From Vicugna vicugna (Eukaryota), in NCBI GenBank assembly GCA_013265495.1, contig MU058059.1:992001-1056000 (forward strand): a stretch of DNA of 64,000 bases, given 5' to 3'. Below the pieces are notes generated by a model, which saw only the letters and a program-made list of their open reading frames with translations, did no database searches and was not told the DNA's origin. The position numbers were made by a program, and so were the translations under genes. Shown one piece after another: positions 11,876-23,390 of the stretch; the first letter of the stretch is position 1, and each line of letters begins with the position of its first letter.

Positions 11876-14607
11876 CACGAAGACCACATGTCTGCTGCAG
11901 CAAGAGAAGAGAAAGTCAGGTACGTCTGTGCTGGGTTTGAAGGACCCAGGGAAAAGGACAGGGTGTGGTGACCAGATTGAGCAGGCGGCAGCTTAGGACA
12001 TGGAAAGACTTTCCCCTCATTCGGATTCAGGCAGAGCGTCTCTGCTGTGACTATGTCAGGAAACCATTCATACCACCTACTGGTCTCTGTCTTATGAAGA
12101 CACTACAACAGGAAGGGTACAAACCCCATGGTCAGATCGCTTACCGCTTTGGCTCAACTGGCTCCACCATTAATCAGCTGTGTAACTTTGGGGAAGTTAC
12201 TTAACCTCTATGAGTTTTAGTTTAGTAAAGCACTTCGTCCTTCCTGTCCCAGCGAGACTGAAACAGGACGCCCCGTCAGCTGCTGTCCAGCACAGTCCTC
12301 GCCACCGACTACAGGGCGGGGTTCACTTCTCCTTTGCGTGCCTTTCCACAGAGCAACATGAAAGGTTAAGTGGACATACGTTTTCATACCTGAGGCCAAT
12401 CACAAATGGCATAAATGTTTTTGCACTTTCTATACAAGTAATTTGACAACATAACCAAAATAAAATGTTGCATTACACTCGTGGTACAAATACAGATTAT
12501 ATGAAAATACATTTTCTTCCTCTGTTTGTACATAAGCATTCCAGTCCACCTGCACATAATTACTGCTTTTTTTTCCAAAGTAGTTTTCTCCTTTAAAAGA
12601 CAAACCTAGCCTTATTTGCATGGCATGTTATTAATGTACGTATCCATTTTACTTTTATCAAGGGATGTCAAAATATTAGCAAAAGTTACAAAGAAACAAT
12701 ATATACTCAAACGAACCTCTGAAGAAAAATGTGAAGCTTGAGATATGGATTCATTCAGAGGAGTCAGCACTTTCTTGGTATGACTTTGGTGCTGGTGGGC
12801 TGCTTTTTAAAAAAGGAAAGGGAATATTTCTCACACCATATGTTTCTGAGAAGAAGGTGGGATTTCCTTGGTCCCAGGATCCATCAGCGCAGTCAGGGCA
12901 CAGCTGCACCCACGACGTCTGATATTCCAAATTACAGGTCGAGAATGTTGACTGCCTACGCTCTCTTTAAATCCACACACACAGAAGAGACAAACGTCTC
13001 AAACGCACAGTTCTGAATGGTCGGAGGAACGGATGTGTGTTCTCGCTCACAGCGTCTGAGCCAAAACTCTGACAGTGACTGACCACCAACATATCATCAC
13101 TAACACCAAGGAGGGTAACTCGCACGAGTGTCTCAGGCCAACATATGCTGGACGGGACACTTTATTTTTATTCTCTCTGCACTGTGGCTCCCTGGTGCCC
13201 GAGGCCAGCAGCTGTCGTCTGCATGCAGGCCCTCTGCTAACACTTTCTGCAATTCCTCGGGGGCTTCCTAGCCTATAATTAGACTTTCCAGCTGCCGCAG
13301 TCGAGCTGCCGGGTGGAGCTGAGAGAGCTCTGCTTTACAGCCTCCCCTAAAAAGCCCTCTTCCGGATGGTGCTGCTCCTGGAAGAACACTGATTGGAATT
13401 CGGCCTGGAGAGCAAACAGGAATCCTTCCACCACTGGCTAGGGACAGGTCTGCTCCAGAAGCGGGGTTTGCTTTCAGATGAGCGGAGCCAGCCTTGGGGG
13501 TAGGGAACTGACGCTAAGCAGGAAAAATGGGGAAGTCCAAAACCAGACAAGAAACTTTCCGGTTCAGAGTCACACAGATCATCAGCACTGAACCCGTTAC
13601 AACAGCTCTTTCAGTCTTTGACGTAATTCTCTGTTCCAGGCACCATCACCGGGACAGACCAAAAACAGCATGGCAACGAGGAACCCGGAGAAAGCAGGCA
13701 ATCCCACCCGGTTTCAAATCCTCAAGGCCAGTGGTGTGAGATACGAGAACATTAAGTCAGAAAGTAAAAGAGGAAGCAAGCTTTACTGGAGTAAGTCTTC
13801 CAAACAAAAAGCAGCCTGATTTTTAAGAAAAGAAAACATTTTCAAAACACAGAGCACCATCCACCACCCCTCTGACCTGGTCCGATATTCACAGGAAACA
13901 AATGCACAGAAGCAGGTTTTCCCCACAGCGCAGGACCTGCTGCCACTGCAGACGAAGGCCAGCGCACAGGGTCATCCTCAAATTCACGAAATCATTTCCC
14001 GGACTAGAAAAATGACTATGATCATGAACTCAAGTGCCCATAAGAAGTCGGATGCCCCAAGTGCTGATAACAGGTACAGGCAGGGTCCTCGGGAAAGATG
14101 CTCTTCGCTAACAAACATTCCAGGTGCTGCCAATGCCCCTGGCCCAGGGACCACACTTGGAGCCCCAGGTCCAGGGGCGGATATTCACACAACCTAAGGA
14201 TGCGCTCCTCCGGGCAGCTGACACCGGCCACGACTGGGAACCGACCTGGCTACTGGGTTCTCCAACTTGAAAGAACAAGATGACAACTAAGACCAAGGGC
14301 TCACCCAAGTCGTGGGCTTCTCAAATGCCAAAGACAAAGAGGCTGCTTTCAGGAAATCCTGACGGAATGGATGTGAGGGCCAGCTCTCCCACCCGGCCAA
14401 GGACCCCATGACTACTTCTGCGAAGGAGGCATCCAGGAAGGCTGGTTCCTCTCACTCACTCTACTGACCAGGGAGAGAACTTCTCAAGCCAGAAGCCACG
14501 TGGCCCCGGGGACACCGGGATGTCCGTGCTGGTTCCTGACATCATCCGCTGCTTCCCGTGTGAAAGTTTCAATAAACTGAGGTGCTTTCCTTTAGTACCA
14601 AACAACC

Positions 14608-14790
14608 AAGATAGACAAAAACAAGGACCTACTGGATAGCACAGGGAATTGTATTCAATTTCTTGCAATACCATATAATGGAAGAGAATCTTAAAAGAAA
14701 AAAAATGCATGTATAACTGAATCACTTTGCTGTACACCTGAAACTAACATTGTAAACCAACTACCCTTCAATTAAAAATTTTTTTAAATA
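14608..14790 (+). mobile_element. L1 3' end fragment
   Basis: acaaggacctactggatagcacagggaa...gaatcactttgctgtacacctgaaactaacattgtaaa...caattaaaaa. Confidence 0.85.
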
Positions 14791-17783
14791 ATAATTTTTT
14801 TAAAAGCACTGGAAAAAAGTTTCCTTATTAGGTAGATAAGACAATCTCCTTGTATTTAACACTGACTGGGTTCCCACCCTGGGATGTAAAGACTTATGCA
14901 GCTGGTCCCCTCTGGATGGACACGCAGGGTCTCCTCACTCTTTTGCTACTTAGAAATAATACAAACAAACATCCTTCTACAGGGACGTATGTTTGCAGAT
15001 GAACAAAGAGGAGGATTAAAATGAAAAGACTAGAGATTTTTTTTTTCTGGTACAAATATCTCAAAAGTTAACACAAATACTTGGAAGCTCACTAAAGTGT
15101 TTGAACCCATTTGGCAAATCAGCAGCCAGTGTGTTTGCTGGCAAAGACGGCAGCTTGGATGTGTGTCAAGTGACATCTCGCAGTGAATTATTACAATAAA
15201 ATTACAGGGTTGATAAGAGAGAAAAATCGCAGAGAGAACGACTCACGCTAGGCTTTGAGAGAGGAAAACACGCCTGGAAGACAACGGAGCTGCAGCAGTT
15301 GCTCTGTGGGGAAAGCGCCCGCCTGGCTCCTGGCAAAGTCTGTCCACATGGCAGCGAGCGGGGCCGCTCGCTGGTACCCACGCGGAAGCCTGAGGATGTC
15401 TCTGGGGAGACTGTGAAGCAGCTGAGAACTCCCAGTAAAGAGAGGGGACAGGCTATGACCAGAACCGTCCGCCTCAGCCCCAGTTCCCTATCCTCCTTCA
15501 CCTCCATAACTCCTGATACTTCACCCCATTTCTTTCTCCTTCTCAGAACTTCTCAGGGACAGGCGCCACTTACTTTTCACCTAGGACCGAGAACTGCGAC
15601 AGGACAAATCCAGTGCCAAGCACGTTTAAGAGCAGAGGTCTAAGCCTCTGAAGCTGCTGAAGGCCTCTGTCAAAAGAAGACGCTGAAGCCACCAGCCGGG
15701 TCCCCACCAGGGTCCCTAAGGCGTCTCTGCTGGGATGTCGTAGGCGGAGGGAGCCTCCGCCAGTGCCTCCTCACTAAGTTACGGCAGGGCCTCTGATCTA
15801 GGTGACGGTGGACCACCTTATGCGAGGTCCCCGAGACACACAGGGCTGTCTTTGTTTTTCCTGAAAAAGGATCTACCCTCCTTTCTCTGCACTAAAATGG
15901 CTCCAAGTGAGCAAGCAGGGACCCCTTCCTCCAGCAGTCAGTTACCCCCGGGCTTCACCCTGTCCCGTGCTCAGGGAGGCACCGGAAGGGAAAACAGCAT
16001 CCTGTTTTTACCGCGCTCTGCACATGGAACACGTGAGCACGCCCAACCTGAAACGTCCCCGGGGGTCAGGGCGGCAAACGTGGCTCAGGGAATGGGTTGT
16101 TTGTCCCCTGAGACGCGTCACGGGTGCAGTCGGGGGCGCGAGGCTGGTGGCTGCGCGGCTGGGCGTCGTGGCACACTGACAACAGCCCACGGCAAGCAGC
16201 GATGTTCCAAAGGTGTCAAACCAGAGACGGTCCCAAAAGAAACAGGCTTCAAATCAAGGATAAAGTAACCACGGCCAAACAAAGCAGGGCAGCAGGTTTA
16301 TTTCTGAGCTGAGTAAGTTGGACACGTTTCTGAGCCATAGAGTGTTAAGAGGGAGACCATCAAGCTGCTTGCCTCGGAGTGAGGACAGAGCCGGGTCAGG
16401 GGTCAGGCACCTCCCCGGGAGTTAAACTGTTCTGGTTAGAAAATGCCCGAGTACCGTAATCTACTTTCCATCTGGATACTATTTTGTTACTCAGATTACT
16501 GCCAATCAAGTAAGAAGAGATAAACAATAAGCTGTTCTTCCACTGAAAATCACTTTCAAGAATTTAAACTCAATGTTTCCCTGGTCAAAATGCTGTTTAA
16601 AAAGGAAATATCTAAAAACTGGTGATGTGAAATCTGATTAATAATAAAATAGGTCATAACACTTTAAAGTTGCTTCTCCCCAGCTATGTTACACAGAGTA
16701 ACATTCTTACTGACATATATTATTGTGGGAAACAAAATTAGAAAAGGCTGCACTGAATAACTTTGGTTTTATTTCTCTTCCGGGTGACAGCAGCCCTCCT
16801 CCACCCCCAGGGTGAAAAGTAAAAAGCTGGAACTTCTACTCGGGACACCCATGGAAGATACTGCAGGCTTGGCGGAACAGAAGATTAGACTGGCATATAA
16901 ACTCCACGTGAGCAAAGATTTTCTGTTTTTTGTCCACAGCTAAGTAGAAAAGTGTCTGGCAAAAAACAGGTGCTCAAGAAATGTTCAATGAATGAGTGAA
17001 TGACTAACTCAGCTGGCACTCAGAATACTGCTGTGATTAACTTAGTGATAAAATATTGAAATATTGGCAACTATTTTCAACATTAGCCATTTGAAAACCC
17101 CTTAATCATAATATACAATATTAACAGTTAAAAAATTTAACTTGTAGCAAGAATGCAATCAAATGTTATCAGGCAAGGGAACTCAGGACGTTGTGTACAA
17201 GAGTCATCTTTGTAGAATAGAAACACGTACTGCTTTCAATGCCAAACAGATGTTTATAGTTTTAATAACATAATCAATGAGTATCTGTAGAAATAAAGGG
17301 TGATCCAGACGAAAGAAGGTATTTGCCCCGCAAAGTATGCTCAACAGACCATCATTTAGACTGAATACATTTCATTTTTTGTATACTACGTAGCTTCAAA
17401 AATGCACACACACTGTCATCAGCCCTCTCAGTACGCAGTTTTGTTAGTGTTCAAAGCCTTCGGAGCACACGCCTTTCCCCTTGGTTTTTGACCCATGTCT
17501 AATTTCAATGAGTTAAAAACATAAATAACTAAAATTGCTCTTAAAAGTCATCCCAACTGGGGCGAAATCTTAAACAATGAAACACAACACAGCAAAGCAA
17601 CAGATACAAAGTAACAGAGAAGTTTTCTCTTTTGCTACACGCACCATAAATTGCACTACACAGACTCTGTTTTAATACTGAAAGAGAAGCAACGTTAAGG
17701 ATCTAGTATCAAAAACATCACAGGGTTAGCAAACAGGGACACTCAAAATGAGTAATTCCCTCATCTGAAACTTAATCCCTCAA

Positions 17784-18558
17784 ATTTTTTTCCAGTGAAG
17801 TATAACCGATTTACAACATCGTGTTAGGTTATACACATACGTATAATCTATATTCTTCTTCCCAATTATTTTCCATTATAGTTTATTACAAGATGTTGAA
17901 TACAGTCCCCTGTGCTCCACAGTAAACCTTTGTTGCTAACCTGTTTTATATGTAGTTGTGTGTATATGTTAATCCCCTACTTTCAGTGTATCCCTCCACC
18001 CACCCTTCCTTTGGTAACCATGAGTTTGTGTTCTGTGTCTGAGACTGCTTCTGTTTTGTAAATAAGTTCATCTGTATTATTTTTCAGATTCAACATATAA
18101 GTAGTATCATATAATATCTGTCTCTCTGTTCGACTTAACTTCACTTAGTATAATAATCTCTAGGTCCCTCCATGTTGCTGCAAATGGCATTATTTCATTC
18201 TTTTTATGGCTGAGTAATATTCCATTGTGTATATATAACACATCTTTATCCAGTCATTGGTCAACGGACAGATGTTTCCATGTCTTGGCTATTGTAAATA
18301 GTGCTGCTGTGAACATTAGGGTGCATGTGTCTTTTTGAGTTAGAGTTTGTCTTTTCTGAATATATGCCCAGGAGTGGGATTGCTGGATCATATGGTAAGT
18401 CTATTTTTAGATTTCTAAGGAACCTCCATACTGTTCTCCATAGTGGCTGCAGCAATTTACATTCCCACCAGCAGTGTAGAGGGTTCACTTTACCCCACAC
18501 CCTCTCCAGAATTTATTATTTGTAAATATCTTGATGACGGCCATTCTGACCAGTGTGA
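17784..18558 (-). mobile_element. 5'-truncated L1 with ORF2 C-terminal remnant and 3'UTR
   Basis: ORF 18261-18500 contains [39 protein letters not shown], the classic L1 ORF2p C-terminus. Confidence 0.92.
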
Positions 18559-18809
18559 GCAGCTTTTAAAACCTGTAATACCTGCTGGTATAAGCTTATT
18601 AACCCAACATTTTGGAGAAGGATTGTCCAAGATGATGTCCTTACTACTTTTCTTGGGTTCTAAACCCCCCCCCAAAAAAGATTAAAAATAGGCACATATC
18701 TTTATAATGCCCAAGAAGTGGATATTTAAAGACATATTTAAATGTGATTTATAAGAATATGTGTATACATATGTATGTGTGTGTATGTACACACACATAT
18801 TGGCCTAAA

Positions 18810-18935
18810 ATATTAACTCATTTAATTCTCACAATAAACCTGTGATGTGGGTACTATTATTCCCAATTGAAGACAGCAGAGCACAGAGAGGTCATTTAAC
18901 TTTCCTGTGGTCGCACAGATAGTAACTGGCTGGGC
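18810..18935 (-). mobile_element. MIR SINE
   Basis: ctcatttaattctcacaataaacctgtgatgtgggtactattattccc...gcacagagaggtc. Confidence 0.75.
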
Positions 18936-19329
18936 TCTAAACAACTATATTACGCTGCTAACAGCTGCTTTCCTACTGTCTTTAATTAGCAAATATTAAC
19001 AAAAAAAATTTTGGCCGTTTCCATTGGTCATTTGCAGAAAACAGAGCAGCTCCAGAGACCTCAGGGAGTGTTCTTGGCTAAAACAGAATCTCATGTCTCT
19101 TCTGGCATCATGCTCTCTGGGCCAAGCAGGGTCACGTTCTCCTACTGTGAACACTCAGGAGGCTGAAGCCACCTGCTTCTACTCAAAGGGAAGAGCCCAG
19201 GGGAGGGTCACATGCCCAGGAATGGAGGGGTGTGACAGCCAAGGCCTGGGCCACCCACCTGTCATTTAGCCAGAGAGCCAGAGGCCGGCAGTGATGGCCC
19301 AAGCTGTCACAAGCAGGAGTGAGGAGCAG

Positions 19330-19900
19330 TTCTCCGAAGCCTCGGAGAGGAGATGCCCGCGATAAGCCTGAACACGTGAGATCACCGGTCCGCTCTTCAC
19401 TTTTAACCACCATTGTAGGAAACCCAGTTTCATCGCGGATGCGCCATATTCCATTTCATTTCATTCAAAATGACACACAAACGTGAGAGCAGCCACATAG
19501 CCCAAGTCCCCCTGTTCCGGGCCCCTCCTCACCCTGGCTCCTCGCTGGGCAGGCGGCCCCGGCGGCCCCGCTCTGAGCGCCCAGCGAGCGCCCCGACAAC
19601 CAGAGCAGCGGGCGCCTCGCCCAGGAGGGCCCACGGCCAGGACGCGCCTACGGCCCGCGCCGCCCGGCGGCCGGCATGCTGAGGTCAACTCTAGGAAGCG
19701 GCAGGGATATTAGCAGCCATCCTCACAGTCACACAGTGGGGCCAGCCTCGCTGCAGCTGCCACCCGGGGTGGGCACTCCGCAGCGCGCACACTGCACGTA
19801 AGCCCACGACCCTCGTCACTAGGCACACTGCGCGGCGCAAGCAGCTGAGTCACAGAGCTTGCCCGTGACTGCGCTGTTAGAGCAGGGGGCTGAGCTGGAA
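19330..19900. promoter_or_regulatory. Intronic CpG-rich element (candidate enhancer or internal promoter)
   Basis: Dense CpG/GC at 19540-19880, no recognisable repeat, and an ARE/AP-1 site GCTGAGTCAC at 19844-19853. Confidence 0.5.
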
Positions 19901-21964
19901 CCGTCACACAACATAAAGACAGTTTACTGCCCAGCACGACACTGATCTAAAACTTCCACGATGATCATGACACAAAGTGATAATCATAATACTTGTATAC
20001 CAAACACAAATTATATTTACTGTTATGTCATAGATAATAATACAAAATGTATGAAAGAAAGATTTACAGGTATCTTCCCAGAACCTTAAAGATGTGAGGA
20101 GAATGATCTTAGAAGGCACAGGCCTTGTAACTCTTCCATAATTAGAGAGCACCTGAACACCACTCGGTCACCTTCCCTTCATCGGGCAGATGCATCACAG
20201 TCCCTGCAGGGCCCTCAGGACATCTTCCGAGGAGGTACCTTACATAAGAGAAACGGCCGACGCACACTTAGTGCTTATGACGACTATCAAGACGCTGGAA
20301 TTCCTACTGAAACGTTTTTCAGCCTCATCCTCTTTTCGGTATCAGAGAAAAGAACGCCAAGGAACATGACTGCTCTATCAGGCAATTCCATCTCATGAGA
20401 AAGTCATACAAACAATTATCTCGGTCATTACAGACTCATCAAAAGGAACTTCAGAACATCAGATTTGCTCATCCGGGCCTGAGACGGACTCCTGACTGCC
20501 CAGGCTGAGGAGCAGTGGCTGCAAACTGGGTAACGGTTGTCATCGGACCTCCTAAAATCAGAGAAGCTGAAGACAGACGGATCCAAAGTGGGGTAGCACC
20601 CACATGTCTTGGTCACTATCTGTGTGGGCCGCACACTGAAGCAGGTCACGAGGAGAGATGACGGGCCGGGGGCCTCCCACATCTCCAGTTACTAGAGAAG
20701 AGTTAAGTCCACACCCTCTCTACCTGTCAGCCAGTGCCCCTTTACCAACCAGACACGTGCAAGTCACCACACTCATCTGAGCCATGGCCAAGAACGAGTC
20801 ACCGCTGGCATCAGGAGGAAAGCAGTGTAACTGAAAGCAAACTGAACAGCGAAGACAGACCATGCAACTTCACCACCGCTTACTGAGGACCCGGAGCTAC
20901 ATGGAGAGAAATTCTGGAGCTCTGTCCTCCTGAAGCCTCGACATGATCCTCAGATTTAGAGAAAAATTTACTTTTCTATAAAGAAATAGAAAAAAGGCAG
21001 CAATGCCACCTTTCTTTTGGATTAAGAAGTTCTTTAAAACCAAGTTACGTGAGATTTTCTACCTAAGTGTCCAGCGCGGCCCCTTCCCCTTTCCTTTTCT
21101 GACTAATTCCGCCCCAATCTCTCCTCCGAACTCCACTTCTGATATCATGTGAGTCACATTATGAATTTTTTAAAATTTCTTATGGTAGGATATAAGAAAT
21201 AGAAGAAATGAAACAGTTAAACTTCAAACAACCACTACCATCAAGTTATACATGATATTGCCAACTATTTATCCTTCTATCTCAGAATAATTTTCTACGG
21301 GAGTCCAAATGAAAACGTATCATTCATCTTTCTTTAATTAGCATGCACACCTAATCAAAACCTCACTTATCTACCTGATGTTTACCTGAAGAGCTCAGAA
21401 CTGAAAACCAGCCACGCTTTGATTCTCCCAGTACTGAATACAAAGAGTGAAAATGAGAGGTGCGCAAATTATTTTCCAGGTGATAAGAAAACGGAATACT
21501 TATTGGTAAAGAAGGAAAAAAAATAAAACTATTTACCTTAGACTATGCTAAAAATGGAAGGGAAAGAAGGGGGCAGGCCAGATGGCATGTCTGGGAGGGA
21601 ACTGACAACAGGGAAGTGCTAATTCTTGAGGAGGGCAAAACTTACTCCACTCTAATGAGCATAAAGAATTGCAAGTCCAAGTTAATTGAAAATGACTGGA
21701 ACCCAACCGTCACCCTGATAAGCGTGGCTGAACGCACAGCTCAGTGGAGGGCGGTCCCAACCTGACGCCCACACCAATTCCTTCACATCCCAGAGAGGGC
21801 CCCCAGGCCACCCAGGCCACCTCTTCTCATCGCAGAGTCTCACTTTGGAAGGTTCTATTTACAACTCGACGTTAGATCACTGAATAAAACCACATCCATT
21901 ACATGAAATGCTGAAGAGTGATGAAGACGTCTCCTCGTAAGTTCATATTCTACTTGAAGTGGCC

Positions 21965-22083
21965 TTCATTTAAGTATTTACTGAGCACCTACTACCTGCC
22001 TGGCACTGTTCTAAGTAGGAGCTGGGGGTCCATGGTGAACAAAACAGATGCAGGTCCTATGTTCATGAAGCTGACATTCTGGT
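21965..22083 (-). mobile_element. L2 3' end
   Basis: ttcatttaagtatttactgagcacctactacctgcctggcactgttctaag. Confidence 0.75.
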
Positions 22084-22423
22084 GTCCCTTGGTGTCCATG
22101 AGGGACTGGTCCCAGGACCCCCTCAGACATCAAACTCCGCGGATGCTCAAGTCCTTAACACAAAACGGCACGGCCTTTGCAGACAACCCACTGCAAAGCC
22201 TCCTGCGTGCTTCACACCATCTCTAGGTTACTTACAACACCTAATACAAGGTAAATGCTACATACACAGCTGCGAATACAATGTAAATGCTATGTGAACA
22301 GTTGCTGGCGGCAGATTCTACTTCTTTTTTTGGAACCTTCTGGAATTTCTTTAAAAAACTGTTTTTCTCTCCGTGGTTGGTTGGATCTGGGATGTGGAAC
22401 CCGAGGACACAGGGGACTGACTG
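22084..22423 (+). mobile_element. MER2/MER2B non-autonomous Tigger-family DNA transposon
   Basis: gtcccttggtgtccatgagggactggtcccaggacccc...ggatgctcaagtcc...ggatgtggaacccgaggacacaggggactgactg. Confidence 0.85.
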
Positions 22424-23237
22424 TGTCACGGCCTGATGTGGGAAGCGCAGCCCTGTTCAAGGCCTAGTAAGGGGCCAGGAACCACGGTTAAAGCCTCCGG
22501 TTTTCACCGGAACCACCCAGTGGGCTCCCCGGCGGGAACCCAGCATGTGCCGGTGAACAAAGCAGGCTGCAGAAGGACAGGTACCAGGTACAGCACACCC
22601 CTTAAAGTTGCTTAAACACTAAAAACAATGCTGCCAATAATCGAGTGATGCTAGAAGGAGCGAGGTGGAAAGGAATGAAGAGATTCTACGGTTGCGAGAA
22701 ACAGACGGGTAGCTGCTCCTAGGAGGGAGGGAGAGCGCCGTGAGGCGCACTCGGCGAGATGAAGCACTCTGGGGCATCAGAAATATTCTGCACTACTTTT
22801 CAGGAAGACTCTTCAACCCCATCTCAGCATCCTCTGGTTTCCTGGTGAACCATCGGCAGGTCACCTGGACACGCACCTCTGAGCCGCACACAAGGCGGCA
22901 GCAGTGTTCCTGTTCAGCTGCGATCAAGGGTATGTTACCACTGGTGGAATCATTTCTGTTACGAGGAGAAAGGGAACCAATTAAGGGAACGGAAAACCTG
23001 TCATCACTTTTCTCTGAAACGACACATTAGAGCCTTTTAGGATCCACAGAAATGGGCTGCCTAAAACAAAAGATGGCAAATCTGCGTTTAGTGCTTTCAA
23101 CTGGGCTGCCTGTCACCATTTTAAATGCAGCCCTTTATCGACATAGGAGGGAGGCATCTTTAGCAATGTCACCTTTGCTTCTCAATATACTTCTTAAAAA
23201 AAAAAATAAAACACCTTGGGTAAAAAGACATCATTGG

Positions 23238-23390
23238 TGGGGCGGAGGGTACAGCTCAGTGGCAGTGTGTGCTTATCAGCATGCACAAGGTCCTGCGTTT
23301 AATCCCCAGTACCTCCATTAAAAAGATATACATATATATATGTATATGTGTGTGTAAACCAAATCACCTCTCCTCCTCAAAAAAAGGAGA
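23238..23390 (+). mobile_element. Vic-1-like SINE with target-site duplication (TSD)
   Basis: ggagggtacagctcagtgg...caaggtcctgcgtttaatccccag; TSD aaaaagacatcat / aaaaagacattat. Confidence 0.85.

Noticed and set aside
18261..18500. ORF with clear protein similarity
   Set aside because: It is an L1 ORF2 C-terminal remnant, not a host gene.
20280..20370. Peptide TIKTLEFLLKR, faintly RhoGAP-like; possible processed pseudogene
   Set aside because: The similarity does not extend, a stop follows, and I saw no poly-A/TSD structure.
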